Notes: generated from the letters alone by a model not told the origin. A stretch of DNA of 64,000 nt from Corynebacterium sp. (GCF_030530965.1 NZ_JAUMTY010000004.1:12057-76056), one strand, 5' to 3'; positions 47,301 through 57,745 are shown, numbered from the stretch's first letter. A program made the numbers and translations.

Positions 47301-49741
47301 TGATTTCTGGCTTAAACCTGGGTTCGGAACTCCGTCGTTTCCGGCGCTCTACATTAGGGCGGCTGGCGGTTGCTGCCATCATCTTCATCCCGTTGCTCTA
47401 TTCGTGCCTGTACTTGTGGGCATTTTGGAACCCATTTGGGCACGTAGAAAAGCTCCCCGTCGCTTTTGTGAACGACGATAAAGGCACCACGGTGGAAGGC
47501 AAACCACTCCGGGCGGGCGATCAGATCGTCGACAAAATTAAAGATAATAAAGAGGTTGACTTCGACTTCGTCAGTAATGACAAAGCCACCAAGGGCGTCG
47601 AAGATGGCGAATACTATTTCATGGTTCGCCTGACACCTGACTTTTCAAAGGCGGTTGCTTCCCCGAGCGGGACTAAAGCCGAGCAAGCCGTTATTCAAAC
47701 AAATTACAATTCGACGAATGGCTATTTAGCCACGTTAATTGGTCAGAATGCGATGCGTGAGATGGTTCCCGTCATCTCATCGACGTTGGGTGATCAAGTC
47801 ATCGGAAAAGTCCTCGTCAGTATGCAGGAAGCCGGGGCGGGGATTGCCCAAGCCGCGGACGCATCTGACAAGTTGCAGGCCGGGTCCAACGAGATCGGCC
47901 AGAAGCTAGGGGACCTCAAAAACGGTGCTGACCAGCTAGATTCTGGTCTGGGCACCGCGCACAATGGTGCGACGCAATTAGCAGCGGGAGCAACGAAGCT
48001 TAACAAGGGGGCCACCGACCTCTCCCAAGGCGCGACGACGTTGCACGACAAGTTGGCCGAGGCGAACACCGGTGTCAACACTCTCTCCGAGAAAATGGGT
48101 GAGGCGAAAGCCGGCTCGGACAAAATCCACGATGGCATTGGGCAGGTCGATAGCAAGCTCGGCGAGGTGTCCGCTGGGTCCGCCAAGTTAGCTGCCGGCG
48201 CCAACCAGATGAAGGAGCAAGTGGAGCAGAGTACCGCACCCCTTGCAGATATCGATTCAAAAATGGGCCAGTTGACGGGCGGGCTCGATCAGCTCGGCAC
48301 GGTCGCGGCGCAGGTCAATGGCGGTATTCAGCAGATTAACGGGATCGCGCAGCAGGCGTCGAAAGCACAAACGGGGCAGTCGGATAAGGTTCGTGCGATT
48401 GCCGGCCAGCTGCGAGGCCTGTCAGATCCGACGGCCCAAAACGTCGCCAACCAGCTGGATGGACTTGCCGCTCAAATCGATTCGCAGGGGCTGGGGAAGA
48501 ATTCCGACGGCCTGGCCAAGGTGAATCAGTTGTCGCAGGGGACATCGGCGCTGGCTTACCAGCTCAATGATCCGTCGTCAGAGTTCCGTGGCGGAATCAA
48601 CCAACTGGCGCAGGGTGCTGGGCCGATCCAGAGCAAAATCAATGAGCTGACTAACGGCCTAGACCAATTGAGCAATGGTGCGAATACGGTTGCATCGGGT
48701 TCGCAGCAATTGCGTCAACAGGGGACAACACCGCTCGTTGCCGCGTCGGGCCAGTTGAGTTCGGGTTTGGGGCAGCTGGACGACGGTGCCCAGAAGCTCA
48801 AAGCGGGGATGCCGCAGGCAGTCCAAGGTTCTGCCAAGCTTGCCGATGGTGGGAAGCAGCTAGCCTCCGGCACAAATCAGCTGAAGAGCGGAGCTACCCA
48901 ATTATCGAGCGGCACGACGAGGCTGCAGAATGGTGCCCAACAACTATCCGACGGTGCAGGGAAACTGAAGGAAGGTTCGGGCAAAGTCTCCGCCGGACTT
49001 GGTGAGTTGAAAGACAAGCTCGGTGATGGAGCAAAGAAGGTTCCGTCATGGACAACTCCGCAACGCGAAGCCTCTGCCCGCGTGATGTCGGATCCTGCGA
49101 AGCTCTCGGCCAAGGACCTCTCCGGTAACCAGGTCTTCGGTTCGGGTCTCGCGCCGTTCTTCTTCTCTCTCGCCATGTTTATCGGTGGTCTGGTTACGTT
49201 CCTCTTGCTGCGGCCGATCCAGAACCGTGCCGTTGCCTCGGGCGTTGCCCCACTTCGTGCAGCCCTCGACGGGTTATGGCCGGCGACGCTCATCGCCATG
49301 CTGCAGGCCACCGCGATCATCGTGGTCACGCTCACCCTCATCGGCATGAACGTTGCCCACCCGTGGGCATTGTGGATCTTCTCCATGGGCGTATCCATTG
49401 TCTTCGCGGCGATTAACCAGATGTTGAACGTTGCGCTGGGGCCTGGGCCAGGCAAGGTTGCCGCGATGGCGCTGCTCATGCTGCAGATTCTCGCGTCGAA
49501 TGGCCTGTATCCCGTGGAGACCGAGCCAAAGATCTTCCAATGGCTCCATCCCGTGAACCCGTGGACCTACACAGTTAATGGGTTCCGACAATTGATGTAC
49601 GGCAATATCGACGAGCGGCTCCCACAAGCAATCCTGGCACTGGTCCTCGTTGGAGTGATTTGCGTCAGCATCACGGCACTGTGCGCCTACAGGGACCGCA
49701 AGTGGACGGTGGAGCGGCTTCACCCCGCGATCGACATCTAG
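47300..49741 (+). CDS. YhgE/Pip-domain membrane protein with about 380-aa Gln/Gly/Ala/Leu-rich repeat region
   Basis: N- and C-terminal TM clusters flanking long degenerate heptad/11-mer-like repeats (LxxGxxQLxxG). Confidence 0.75.
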   Translation: MISGLNLGSELRRFRRSTLGRLAVAAIIFIPLLYSCLYLWAFWNPFGHVEKLPVAFVNDDKGTTVEGKPLRAGDQIVDKIKDNKEVDFDFVSNDKATKGVEDGEYYFMVRLTPDFSKAVASPSGTKAEQAVIQTNYNSTNGYLATLIGQNAMREMVPVISSTLGDQVIGKVLVSMQEAGAGIAQAADASDKLQAGSNEIGQKLGDLKNGADQLDSGLGTAHNGATQLAAGATKLNKGATDLSQGATTLHDKLAEANTGVNTLSEKMGEAKAGSDKIHDGIGQVDSKLGEVSAGSAKLAAGANQMKEQVEQSTAPLADIDSKMGQLTGGLDQLGTVAAQVNGGIQQINGIAQQASKAQTGQSDKVRAIAGQLRGLSDPTAQNVANQLDGLAAQIDSQGLGKNSDGLAKVNQLSQGTSALAYQLNDPSSEFRGGINQLAQGAGPIQSKINELTNGLDQLSNGANTVASGSQQLRQQGTTPLVAASGQLSSGLGQLDDGAQKLKAGMPQAVQGSAKLADGGKQLASGTNQLKSGATQLSSGTTRLQNGAQQLSDGAGKLKEGSGKVSAGLGELKDKLGDGAKKVPSWTTPQREASARVMSDPAKLSAKDLSGNQVFGSGLAPFFFSLAMFIGGLVTFLLLRPIQNRAVASGVAPLRAALDGLWPATLIAMLQATAIIVVTLTLIGMNVAHPWALWIFSMGVSIVFAAINQMLNVALGPGPGKVAAMALLMLQILASNGLYPVETEPKIFQWLHPVNPWTYTVNGFRQLMYGNIDERLPQAILALVLVGVICVSITALCAYRDRKWTVERLHPAIDI

Positions 49742-49793
49742 TACTCGGCCGACGGGGCCAGCCCTCGTCGGCTCGACGGCTCGGTCCGACGAC

Positions 49794-50405
49794 TCAGCCC
49801 CACGGATCCCCGTCGTAGGGATCCTCAGCATCCTGCACCGCTTCAAATGTGGAGCGCAGGAGTGCGATCACGCCGGGCGCGACGTCGGGCCCGCCGAGGA
49901 GTTCGATATTGTCCTGGCCGAACGCGCCAGCTGCCGAGAGCTCTTCCTCCGTAGGACGCAGTTGAAGCAGCGTCAGATCCGGACCATCGTCAATGATTCC
50001 GCTGAACAACCGCGCTTTGCGGGGGTCGGAGCCCGGCTCCGCAGAATTCTGGAACATGATTTCTTGGGCCAGGATCGCCCCGGACACAGTTCGCGGCCAC
50101 GCGGTTCGCGCGATGTAATCCTGGAGCTCATCGCCGGAACCCATGTCCGGCAGGTCCTGAACGACGAGCGTCAGATTGTCCTGCTCATCGTCGACAATGG
50201 ACCCCGTTTCCCGCGCAATGACCGACGCGGGAACCAACCCGAACAGTGTCGGGGGCTGATCCCATCCCTCGGCGTGAATGAAGTCGACGGCTTCGCGCAT
50301 CGCCCGCTCGAGGAGTTGGCGGTCGGTGGGCGCGTCGGGCGTCGGCAATGAGTCGTGTGCTGAAGACGAGCCTGTTGAAGAGGTAGAAGAACCGTGTTCG
50401 GACAT
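49794..50405 (-). CDS. conserved actinobacterial hypothetical protein (possibly the PPA1309 family, from uncertain recall)
   Basis: Coherent acidic ORF. Start likely MSEHGSS. Confidence 0.5.
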   Translation of the reverse strand: MSEHGSSTSSTGSSSAHDSLPTPDAPTDRQLLERAMREAVDFIHAEGWDQPPTLFGLVPASVIARETGSIVDDEQDNLTLVVQDLPDMGSGDELQDYIARTAWPRTVSGAILAQEIMFQNSAEPGSDPRKARLFSGIIDDGPDLTLLQLRPTEEELSAAGAFGQDNIELLGGPDVAPGVIALLRSTFEAVQDAEDPYDGDPWG

Positions 50406-50512
50406 ACAGAAAGTATTCATGCCGCGCTGGTGGGCTCGCAAGAAACACGCCCGCGGGGCTCGGTTGCACGCGGAGCTCCTAGGTTATCGACGCCGGCCCA
50501 GGTTCAAGTACA

Positions 50513-53500
50513 GTGAACAGCAATGACCCTCTGATTAGGAGAAGCGAAAAGGTGCCCAAGTCGGTTAAGCGAAAGGCTCCCCGCCGGTGGGCCGTTGTTG
50601 CGGTGATACTGGCCATTATCGTCATGCTGTTGCCTGTCGCAGTAGCTGTTTTTACTGATGTTGCATGGTTTAATTCCATGAACTTTGGCCGGGTGTATGT
50701 CACCGAACTCGTCACTCGGATCGTGCTGTTCGTCGTGGTTGGGCTGCTTGCCGCCGCGTCGATATGGGCAGCCGCGTGGGTAGCCATTAAGTATCGCCCT
50801 CTTGTCCCCGAAGACGCAGACCCCCACAGTCCGCTCGAGGCCTATCGGCAGGTTATTGTTCGATCCTCTCGGGCTGTTTTGCTGGGGTTGCCGCTGCTGG
50901 TGGGGCTTTTTGCGGGATTAGCTGCACAGTCCGAGTGGCGCATGATCTTGATGTTTATGCACCGCGAGAGCTTCGGCGAATCGGATCCGCAGTTCCACCA
51001 CGACTATGGTTTTTACGCATTTAGCGTGCCGTTCTGGTCCTGGCTGCTCTCAGTCTTGTTGACGCTGACGGTCGTGGCGTTCGTCGTTAACCTCGTCATG
51101 AACTGGCTCTTGGGTGGCATCCGGACGGGGGATCCCCGCGCCGGGAAGCGGGCGACGGTGATGAGCCAAGCTCGCGTCCAGATGGCGTCGATCGCCGGAA
51201 TTTTCATGGTCGTGAAGGCCGTCGATTACTGGTTCGACCGCTACCGCCTGCTGTCCAAGGACCATTCGACGTTCACCGGTGGTTCCTTTACCGACATCAA
51301 CGCTGTGTTGCCCGCGAAGATTGTGTTGCTCGTCGTCTCTATTGTGGTGGCAGCGGCGTTCTTCGCGGCGATTTTCCTCCGGGATCTCAGGATTCCCGCG
51401 ATGGCTGCGGTGCTGATGGTCGCGTCGGCAGGAATTATTGGTGTCGCGTGGCCCCTGGTGGTGGAGCAGTTCAATGTCTCCCCGAACCGTGCCGCGAAAG
51501 AACGCGACTACATTGAGCGGAACATCAAGTCGACGCGGTACAACTATGGCCTCACCGACGAGCACGTCACCTATGACCGCAATTGGGGTGCCGACGAGAA
51601 GTCGAAGTCGGATCAGAACGAGTCGGTCGCGAATGATTCGGCGACCATTTCGAACATCCGCTTGCTGGACCCCGAAGCGATCTCGGCGACATTTACCCAG
51701 CAGCAGCAGTTGAAGAACTTCTACGGGTTCCCGAGTGACCTGAGCATTGATCGTTATGAGCACAACGGTGAGATGCAGGATTATGTGGTCGCGGCCCGCG
51801 AGCTTGATCCCAAATCGCTGTCCGGTAACCAGCAGGACTGGATTAACAAGCACACGGTGTACACGCACGGTAATGGGTTCATAGCCGCGCCGGCGAACAA
51901 AGTCGACGAGGTCGCCCGCGATGTCGGATCCTCCCGCGGTGGATACCCGATCTATACCGTGGCTGACCTGCAGTCGAAGGACCGCACCAAGTCCGACGAT
52001 CCGGATACGCTGAAGATCAAGGTAGACCAGCCGCGTATTTACTATGGCCCCGTGGTGGCTGATACCGATCAGGATTACGCCATCGTCGGCGGTGATGGGT
52101 CCGGCAAACCGCGCGAGTACGACACTGATGGGTCGAACTACACCTACAAGGGCAAAGGTGGCGTCGGAATCGGAAATATCGTGTCCCGCGCCATGTATTC
52201 CCTGAAGTATCAGTCGATGAACCTGTTGCTCTCGGACGCGGTGGGCAAAGATTCCAAGATCGTGTATGACCGCGACCCTCGCGACCGCGTGCATAAGGTT
52301 GCCCCCTGGTTGACGACGGACTCACAGACGTACCCGGCTGTTATCGATGGCCGCATCAAGTGGATTGTCGACGGCTACACGTCCGTGAATAACTTGCCGT
52401 ACTCGGAACACACTCAGATTTCGGGCGCGACGGAGGACTCTCTTAACCCTGACGGAACCGAGCAGAACACCGTCGGCAATAGTGTGAGCTACATCCGTAA
52501 CTCCGTGAAGGCGACGGTGGATGCCTACGACGGGACCGTTGACCTTTACGCCTTTGATGAATCTGACCCGATTTTGAAGTCGTGGCGGCGGAGTTTCCCG
52601 GGGACGGTGAAGCCGAAGTCGGATATTTCTGACGAGCTGATGAAGCACCTGCGCTACCCGGAGGACCTGTTTAAGATTCAGCGTGAGTTGTTGACGCGGT
52701 ACCACGTGTCGGACCCGGGCGTGTTCTTCACGAACGACTCGTTCTGGTCTGTTCCTCTGGACCCGACCGCCTCTGAGCAGGGGTTGAGGGACAAGAACCA
52801 GCCGCCGTACTACGTCGTCGCGTCGGATCCGAAGACCGGGGATCCCAGTTTCCAGCTGATTACGCCGTTGCGCGGGTTGAAGCGCGAGTTCCTCTCTGCT
52901 CACATGGCGGTGTCGTCGGACCCGAAGACATACGGGAAGATCACGGTTCGTGTCTTGCCGACGGATACCCAGACGCAGGGACCGAAGCAGGCTCAGGACA
53001 CGATGATGTCGTCGGACCAGATTTCGCGCGAGCGCACCTTGCTCGAGGGGTCCAGTACGTTGATCAACGGCAACCTGCTGACCTTGCCTGTGGGCGATGG
53101 CGGGATCCTTTATGTTGAGCCGGTGTATTCGAAGCGTAAGGAGCAGGAATCCGCGTTCCCGAAGCTGCTGCGTGTGCTCGTGTTCTACAACGGGCAAGTT
53201 GGATACGCGCCGACGATCGGTGAGGCGTTGAGCCAGGTCGGTATCGACCCGAAGGAAACAACGACGACGAAGGAAGTGGACGGATCCGATAAGGATAAGT
53301 CCGACCAGAATGATTCGGATTCCGGATCCGGATCCAACTCCGATGACAACTCTGGTGACAATAAGGACGACTCTGACAAGAACGACTCGGGTTCCACCGC
53401 CGTCAGCCCGTCGAGCGACGATGTGAAGGAACTTGACGACGCTGTTCAGAAGGTCCGCGACGCGAAGAATAGTGGATCGTTTGAGGACTACGGTAAGGCC

Positions 53501-53611
53501 TTGGATGAGCTGCAGAAGGCCTTGGAGAAATACCAGAGTGACACTGGCTCTAGTGGGTCGACGCAGCTGACGGATACCGAGGGGCCGAAGCCATCGGCCA
53601 GTGGTTCATAG
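50513..53611 (+). CDS. UPF0182 family large transmembrane protein (Rv3193c-like)
   Basis: About 1030 aa. N-terminal multi-TM region. Long extracytoplasmic domain. Acidic S/D-rich tail. Confidence 0.8.
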   Translation: MNSNDPLIRRSEKVPKSVKRKAPRRWAVVAVILAIIVMLLPVAVAVFTDVAWFNSMNFGRVYVTELVTRIVLFVVVGLLAAASIWAAAWVAIKYRPLVPEDADPHSPLEAYRQVIVRSSRAVLLGLPLLVGLFAGLAAQSEWRMILMFMHRESFGESDPQFHHDYGFYAFSVPFWSWLLSVLLTLTVVAFVVNLVMNWLLGGIRTGDPRAGKRATVMSQARVQMASIAGIFMVVKAVDYWFDRYRLLSKDHSTFTGGSFTDINAVLPAKIVLLVVSIVVAAAFFAAIFLRDLRIPAMAAVLMVASAGIIGVAWPLVVEQFNVSPNRAAKERDYIERNIKSTRYNYGLTDEHVTYDRNWGADEKSKSDQNESVANDSATISNIRLLDPEAISATFTQQQQLKNFYGFPSDLSIDRYEHNGEMQDYVVAARELDPKSLSGNQQDWINKHTVYTHGNGFIAAPANKVDEVARDVGSSRGGYPIYTVADLQSKDRTKSDDPDTLKIKVDQPRIYYGPVVADTDQDYAIVGGDGSGKPREYDTDGSNYTYKGKGGVGIGNIVSRAMYSLKYQSMNLLLSDAVGKDSKIVYDRDPRDRVHKVAPWLTTDSQTYPAVIDGRIKWIVDGYTSVNNLPYSEHTQISGATEDSLNPDGTEQNTVGNSVSYIRNSVKATVDAYDGTVDLYAFDESDPILKSWRRSFPGTVKPKSDISDELMKHLRYPEDLFKIQRELLTRYHVSDPGVFFTNDSFWSVPLDPTASEQGLRDKNQPPYYVVASDPKTGDPSFQLITPLRGLKREFLSAHMAVSSDPKTYGKITVRVLPTDTQTQGPKQAQDTMMSSDQISRERTLLEGSSTLINGNLLTLPVGDGGILYVEPVYSKRKEQESAFPKLLRVLVFYNGQVGYAPTIGEALSQVGIDPKETTTTKEVDGSDKDKSDQNDSDSGSGSNSDDNSGDNKDDSDKNDSGSTAVSPSSDDVKELDDAVQKVRDAKNSGSFEDYGKALDELQKALEKYQSDTGSSGSTQLTDTEGPKPSASGS

Positions 53612-53697
53612 CCAGTGCGCAGGCGATTTCACATTTGTTCCTCGATGCGTTAAGTTATCTCTTGTCGCTGACGGAGACACGGTCTCCATGCGACTGT

Positions 53698-53771
53698 CGC
53701 GGGGTGGAGCAGCTCGGTAGCTCGCTGGGCTCATAACCCAGAGGTCGATGGTTCGAATCCGTCCCCCGCTA
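53698..53771 (+). tRNA. tRNA-Met (CAT), initiator type
   Basis: CGCGGGG acceptor. GGG/CCC at base of anticodon stem. CTCATAA loop. GGTTCGAATCC T-arm. Position 1:72 is C:U mismatch. CCA not encoded. Confidence 0.85.
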
Positions 53772-53779
53772 CAAAACAA

Positions 53780-53814
53780 CCCCCTATCGGCAGGTGATGC
53801 CGGTAGGGGGTTTC
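53780..53814 (+). terminator. intrinsic terminator after tRNA (ccccctatcggca / ggtga / tgccggtaggggg plus TTT)
   Basis: 13-bp stem with one mismatch, followed by a T run. Confidence 0.6.
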
Positions 53815-53866
53815 GGCGTTTGAACCGCCGTCGTTACCCGCTGTGGGTTTTACGACAAAAATGTGT

Positions 53867-54039
53867 CCGCGTGCGGGAAAACTGCGGGGCAATATCAGGG
53901 TCGGTTGTGAAAACTGCAGGTGAATATGGGCGAAAAATGGCCGAAAATTGGCCATATAGCCCCGCACTTTTATTTTGGGGCGCGTATTCCCCCGCACTTT
54001 TGGGCTCTAGGTGTAGCTTTCCCGCAGTTTTCCGCGTGC
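53867..54039. repeat. MITE-like element: 8-bp direct repeat ccgcgtgc flanking inverted termini gggAAAACTGCGGG / CCCGCAGTTTTcc, with internal copies of the same motif
   Basis: Seen directly. Internal related copies GAAAACTGCAGG, CCCCGCACTTTT (x2), and tandem GAAAAATGGCC GAAAATTGGCC. Confidence 0.45.
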
Positions 54040-55824
54040 CGGCTCTTTCTTCCGCGCGTCGGTGCGTTGCGCAAGGCTCTCGATATAGATCTGCCGGTCA
54101 CAGCAGGCGCGAAGAAGCTCGGGGCTATGGCTGATGATCAGAATTCCAGTTCCGCCGTCGCGCGCCCAGGACGTCAGCATGGTCATGGTGTGCGCAGCTG
54201 TTCCCGGATCCAGCATTGCAGTGACCTCGTCGCAGACGACGAAGTCCGGTTCGCTCGCCAACACACGCGCCAGTATCGCCCGCTGCAGCTGCCCGTCTGA
54301 AACCTGGGAGGGGCGACGATCCAGCAGATCCGGTGTGAGCTGGACTTCCATCGCTGCTTCTTCGGCCGTCATTCCGTGGCTGGTTTCCTCAATAATGCGG
54401 CGCAGGTTAAACCGTGGATTGCACGCCTTCCGCGGCGACTGAAAGAGCATGTTGATCTTTCCACGCGCCTGTCTCCGGCCCCCGATAACGGATGTAATAT
54501 TCCGAATTTCCTCCCCGCCGCATGTCACGGTTCCCTCGTCAGCATCAAGCAGCCCGCACATGATCCTGGCTAGCGTCGTCTTACCGGATCCCGACGGCCC
54601 GGCGAGCCCCACCATCTCTCCCGAGTGGATAGAAATATCCAGTTGGTCTAGAACGGGGATCGACGTCTTCTTGTCGTTAAAGCTCTTCGTAATCTTCGAG
54701 CCCTCCCACACCTGCGGACGGACTTTGATTTCCGACGCTAACTCCGCGGGTGAGTTCTCGTGTGAACCCCGCGAGTCATCATGCGAGGTACAGGAGCCGT
54801 CATGCGCAGCAGTGGAGAGTTCCTCGGCTTCCTTCAGACGTGATTCAAAGGTGACAGAGTCGTCCAGGTTAACCAGCGAGGGAGGGAAGCCTGGGATCGG
54901 AACCATGCCGCCGGAGGGAAGAGCGGCAAGTAGAGCCCGAGTGTACGGGTCATGAGGGTGTTCCAGAACCGTCGACGCTGCACCTTGTTCCACAAAACGG
55001 GAGGCGTACATCACGCTTAACCGGTCGGCGATGGCAGCGTCCCGCAGTTCCGTCACATCGTGCGTGATCAAAAGGACCGCGCGATCAGCGTCGGCAATAT
55101 CTCGCAACAGAGAGAACAGGGAGGATTTCAATTCGGGGTCCAAGGAGGCCGTGGGCTCGTCGGCAATCACGACCTCGGGATCGCCAGCAAGGGCGAAGGC
55201 AACGGCTACTCGTTGGGCCATTCCGCCAGACAGCTCGTGGGGGTAAAGGTTCGCCACTCGGGTCGGGAGGTGCACCTGGTCCAGCAGCATCTCGATTTTC
55301 TGGGGCGCGTCGGCAGATGGGGTGAGCTCGGTGATCGTCTCGAGAAGCTGGCTGCCGACGGTTCGGACCGGGGTGAGAAAAGTAGCCGCGGACTGCGGGA
55401 TCAGGCCGACGTGGTGGCCGGCGAGAGGGCTCGGCTTGTCCCGCCAATCGCCGTGCTTGTCGCGGTGGTAGGCAACCATGTCTTGGGACCAGCCCGGCGA
55501 CGGCGACGATTCTTGAACGGTGACCGTGCCTTCCACGTGGGCAGATGACGGCACCGTGCCGACGACGGTGTTCGCGATGATGGACTTACCGCACCCGGAT
55601 TCGCCGATCACCGCATGGACTTCACCTGGGCATACGGTGAGGGAAATGTCTGTGTTTGCGTGAACCCAGCCACGGTCCGCATGGCCGCGACTGCGGAACC
55701 GCCCACGGTGGCCGGGTGCGGGGATTCTCACGCTCAGATTCTGGATGTCGATGGAGGGAATACGCACTTCATCAGGGGCAAGACTTTCACCAGAGTTGAG
55801 GCTTTCGTCAGCGGTGAGCGGCAT
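54007..55824 (-). CDS. ABC transporter ATP-binding protein, two fused ABC domains (Dpp/Opp-type D+F)
   Basis: Two Walker A sites (GESGCGKS, GPSGSGKTT), two signature/Walker B sets. Confidence 0.85.
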   Translation of the reverse strand: MPLTADESLNSGESLAPDEVRIPSIDIQNLSVRIPAPGHRGRFRSRGHADRGWVHANTDISLTVCPGEVHAVIGESGCGKSIIANTVVGTVPSSAHVEGTVTVQESSPSPGWSQDMVAYHRDKHGDWRDKPSPLAGHHVGLIPQSAATFLTPVRTVGSQLLETITELTPSADAPQKIEMLLDQVHLPTRVANLYPHELSGGMAQRVAVAFALAGDPEVVIADEPTASLDPELKSSLFSLLRDIADADRAVLLITHDVTELRDAAIADRLSVMYASRFVEQGAASTVLEHPHDPYTRALLAALPSGGMVPIPGFPPSLVNLDDSVTFESRLKEAEELSTAAHDGSCTSHDDSRGSHENSPAELASEIKVRPQVWEGSKITKSFNDKKTSIPVLDQLDISIHSGEMVGLAGPSGSGKTTLARIMCGLLDADEGTVTCGGEEIRNITSVIGGRRQARGKINMLFQSPRKACNPRFNLRRIIEETSHGMTAEEAAMEVQLTPDLLDRRPSQVSDGQLQRAILARVLASEPDFVVCDEVTAMLDPGTAAHTMTMLTSWARDGGTGILIISHSPELLRACCDRQIYIESLAQRTDARKKEPARGKLRESYT

Positions 55825-55827
55825 CGG

Positions 55828-56679
55828 CTAGCCCCTCCCTTCGCCATAGTCATTAACAACGGAAACCAAAGAGTGCCCGACGTGCGACACTGCCAAGCAA
55901 AACACGACAAGGAACAATGCCGGGAACACCAGGATCCACCAACTGCCCAGGAGAACCCCGCCCTGCGCATCGCGGAGAAGAGTACCCAGCGCTGCTCTGT
56001 GTGCGGGAAGCCCGACACCCAGGAATGACAAGGTCGATTCGTGCCAAATAGCGTGCGGGACCAGCAAAACAAGGCCGACGACGGACTGGCTCAGTGCGCC
56101 GGGAACCAGATGGTGTCCGATCACCCACAGGTGGCCACGTCCGCCGAGGTAGGCGGCCTGAATGTAATCCGAGTGCCTCATGGTGAGCACCTGCGCTCGG
56201 GTGATACGGGCGATGGGAATCCAGTGGGTGGCAACGAGGGCCAGCACGATGGCGGTGGCCGACCCTTTGAAAAGGGAGACCACGACGAGGACGAGGATGA
56301 GGTGGGGGAGCGCGTTCATTCCATCAACAAAACGCATGGTCAGGCGGTCAAGAAATCCGCCGGCGAGGGCAGCGGTCACTCCGATGAGGGTTCCGATAAT
56401 CGCTGAGAATATGGCCGTGATCACCGCGATGATCAGCGAAATCCTCAGCGCCTGTGCAGTGCGGACAAATAGATCATGCCCGCCGGAATCGGTACCAAAC
56501 CAGTAGTCCGAGCTCGGGGGACTGTACGCATTCGCGAAGTTAACCGTCGTTTGATCCTCTGGCAGGGCAATGGGCACAATGATCGCATAGGCAACAATCA
56601 CCGCAATCGTGAGCACTGAAATCCAGGCAAGCGATAACCCCGACGTTCGACGCTTAAATAGGTGCTTAAACATTGGCAT
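55828..56679 (-). CDS. ABC transporter permease (DppC/OppC-like)
   Basis: Multi-TM with EAA-type loop. Start uncertain (track 56718). Confidence 0.75.
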   Translation of the reverse strand: MPMFKHLFKRRTSGLSLAWISVLTIAVIVAYAIIVPIALPEDQTTVNFANAYSPPSSDYWFGTDSGGHDLFVRTAQALRISLIIAVITAIFSAIIGTLIGVTAALAGGFLDRLTMRFVDGMNALPHLILVLVVVSLFKGSATAIVLALVATHWIPIARITRAQVLTMRHSDYIQAAYLGGRGHLWVIGHHLVPGALSQSVVGLVLLVPHAIWHESTLSFLGVGLPAHRAALGTLLRDAQGGVLLGSWWILVFPALFLVVFCLAVSHVGHSLVSVVNDYGEGRG

Positions 56680-57614
56680 CGACCCTCGGATCTGTGAGGA
56701 CGACGCAGGCGTCGGCAAGCATGTTTCCGATCAGCACTGCGATGGTGATGAGGAGGGTGAGCGTCGATAACAACATGAAATCGAGGGATTTTGCGGAATC
56801 GACCATCGCTTGCCCGAGGCCCGGCCAGCCGAAGATCGATTCGATAATGGTTGAGCCGACGATGAGTTCGGGGAGTCGGGATCCGATGAGCGCAAAATAC
56901 GAGGGTAATGACAGCGGAACGATGTGGTGCAGCATCACCGTGCGGTGGCTCAGCCCGCGGACCCGCGTACCAGTGATTGCTTCCGACTGAATTGCCTCGC
57001 GGACTGAGGCTCGGAGGCTCAGAAGGAACCAGGGGAGCTGGCTAATCCCCAGGATGAGTGCGGGGAGGGCGACATGGCGGAGGGTGCTCGCCACGGTCAC
57101 CGGTTGCCCGGGGTCTGTGAGCCCGCCGGCGGGGGCTATGGGGATCCACAGAGAGAAGAACAGCAGAGCGATAAGTGCAAGCACAAAGGGCGGGAGGGAC
57201 TGCAGCAGCGTGGCGATAAAACCGACAAAGCGGTCGACGATGCCATCTTCACGAAGGCCCGCCACGATGCCGAGCACGAATGAGACGACCAAGGTTAGGA
57301 CCAGGGCCAGCGACCCCAGCAGGATTGACCACCCCAGACGCTGTGCGAGGACGTCGGCTACCGGCATGCGGTAGAATCGTGAAGTTCCCAGGTCACCGGT
57401 GCAGACGCTGGTCACCCATGACCACCAGGAGGCGTACCAGGGGCCTCCAATGTGGAGGGTCCGGACCAGATCCTCACGTTGTTCGTCGGTTAAAGCACCG
57501 GCGTTGCCGTGGGTATAGGCTTCGAGCGGGTCGAAGGGACTGAGCGACGCCAAGAAGAACATCGCGGCTGTGACTGCCAACGCGAGAAGCGGCAGGGAAC
57601 AGAGCCGGCGGAGC
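56666..57614 (-). CDS. ABC transporter permease (DppB/OppB-like)
   Basis: Multi-TM. Start at MLRRLCSLPLLALAV (track ORF extends to 57742). Confidence 0.75.
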
Positions 57615-57745
57615 ATAAGGATTCCGATGTCACGCCGGCGGCTGTGGCTAGACGCCGAGATCGATCGTCGGCGATGGCGATCGATTGGGTTATCGGCAGG
57701 CTTGTGACCTGGGGAAATTCGGCGCAGTCTCAGTGTAGACACGGT

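Noticed and set aside
51050-53197. Minus-strand ORFs 51050-52294 and 52322-53197
   Set aside because: Antisense to the UPF0182 gene.
53748-54300. Plus-strand ORFs 53748-54134 and 53920-54300
   Set aside because: Overlap the tRNA, terminator and repeat element. No coding signal.
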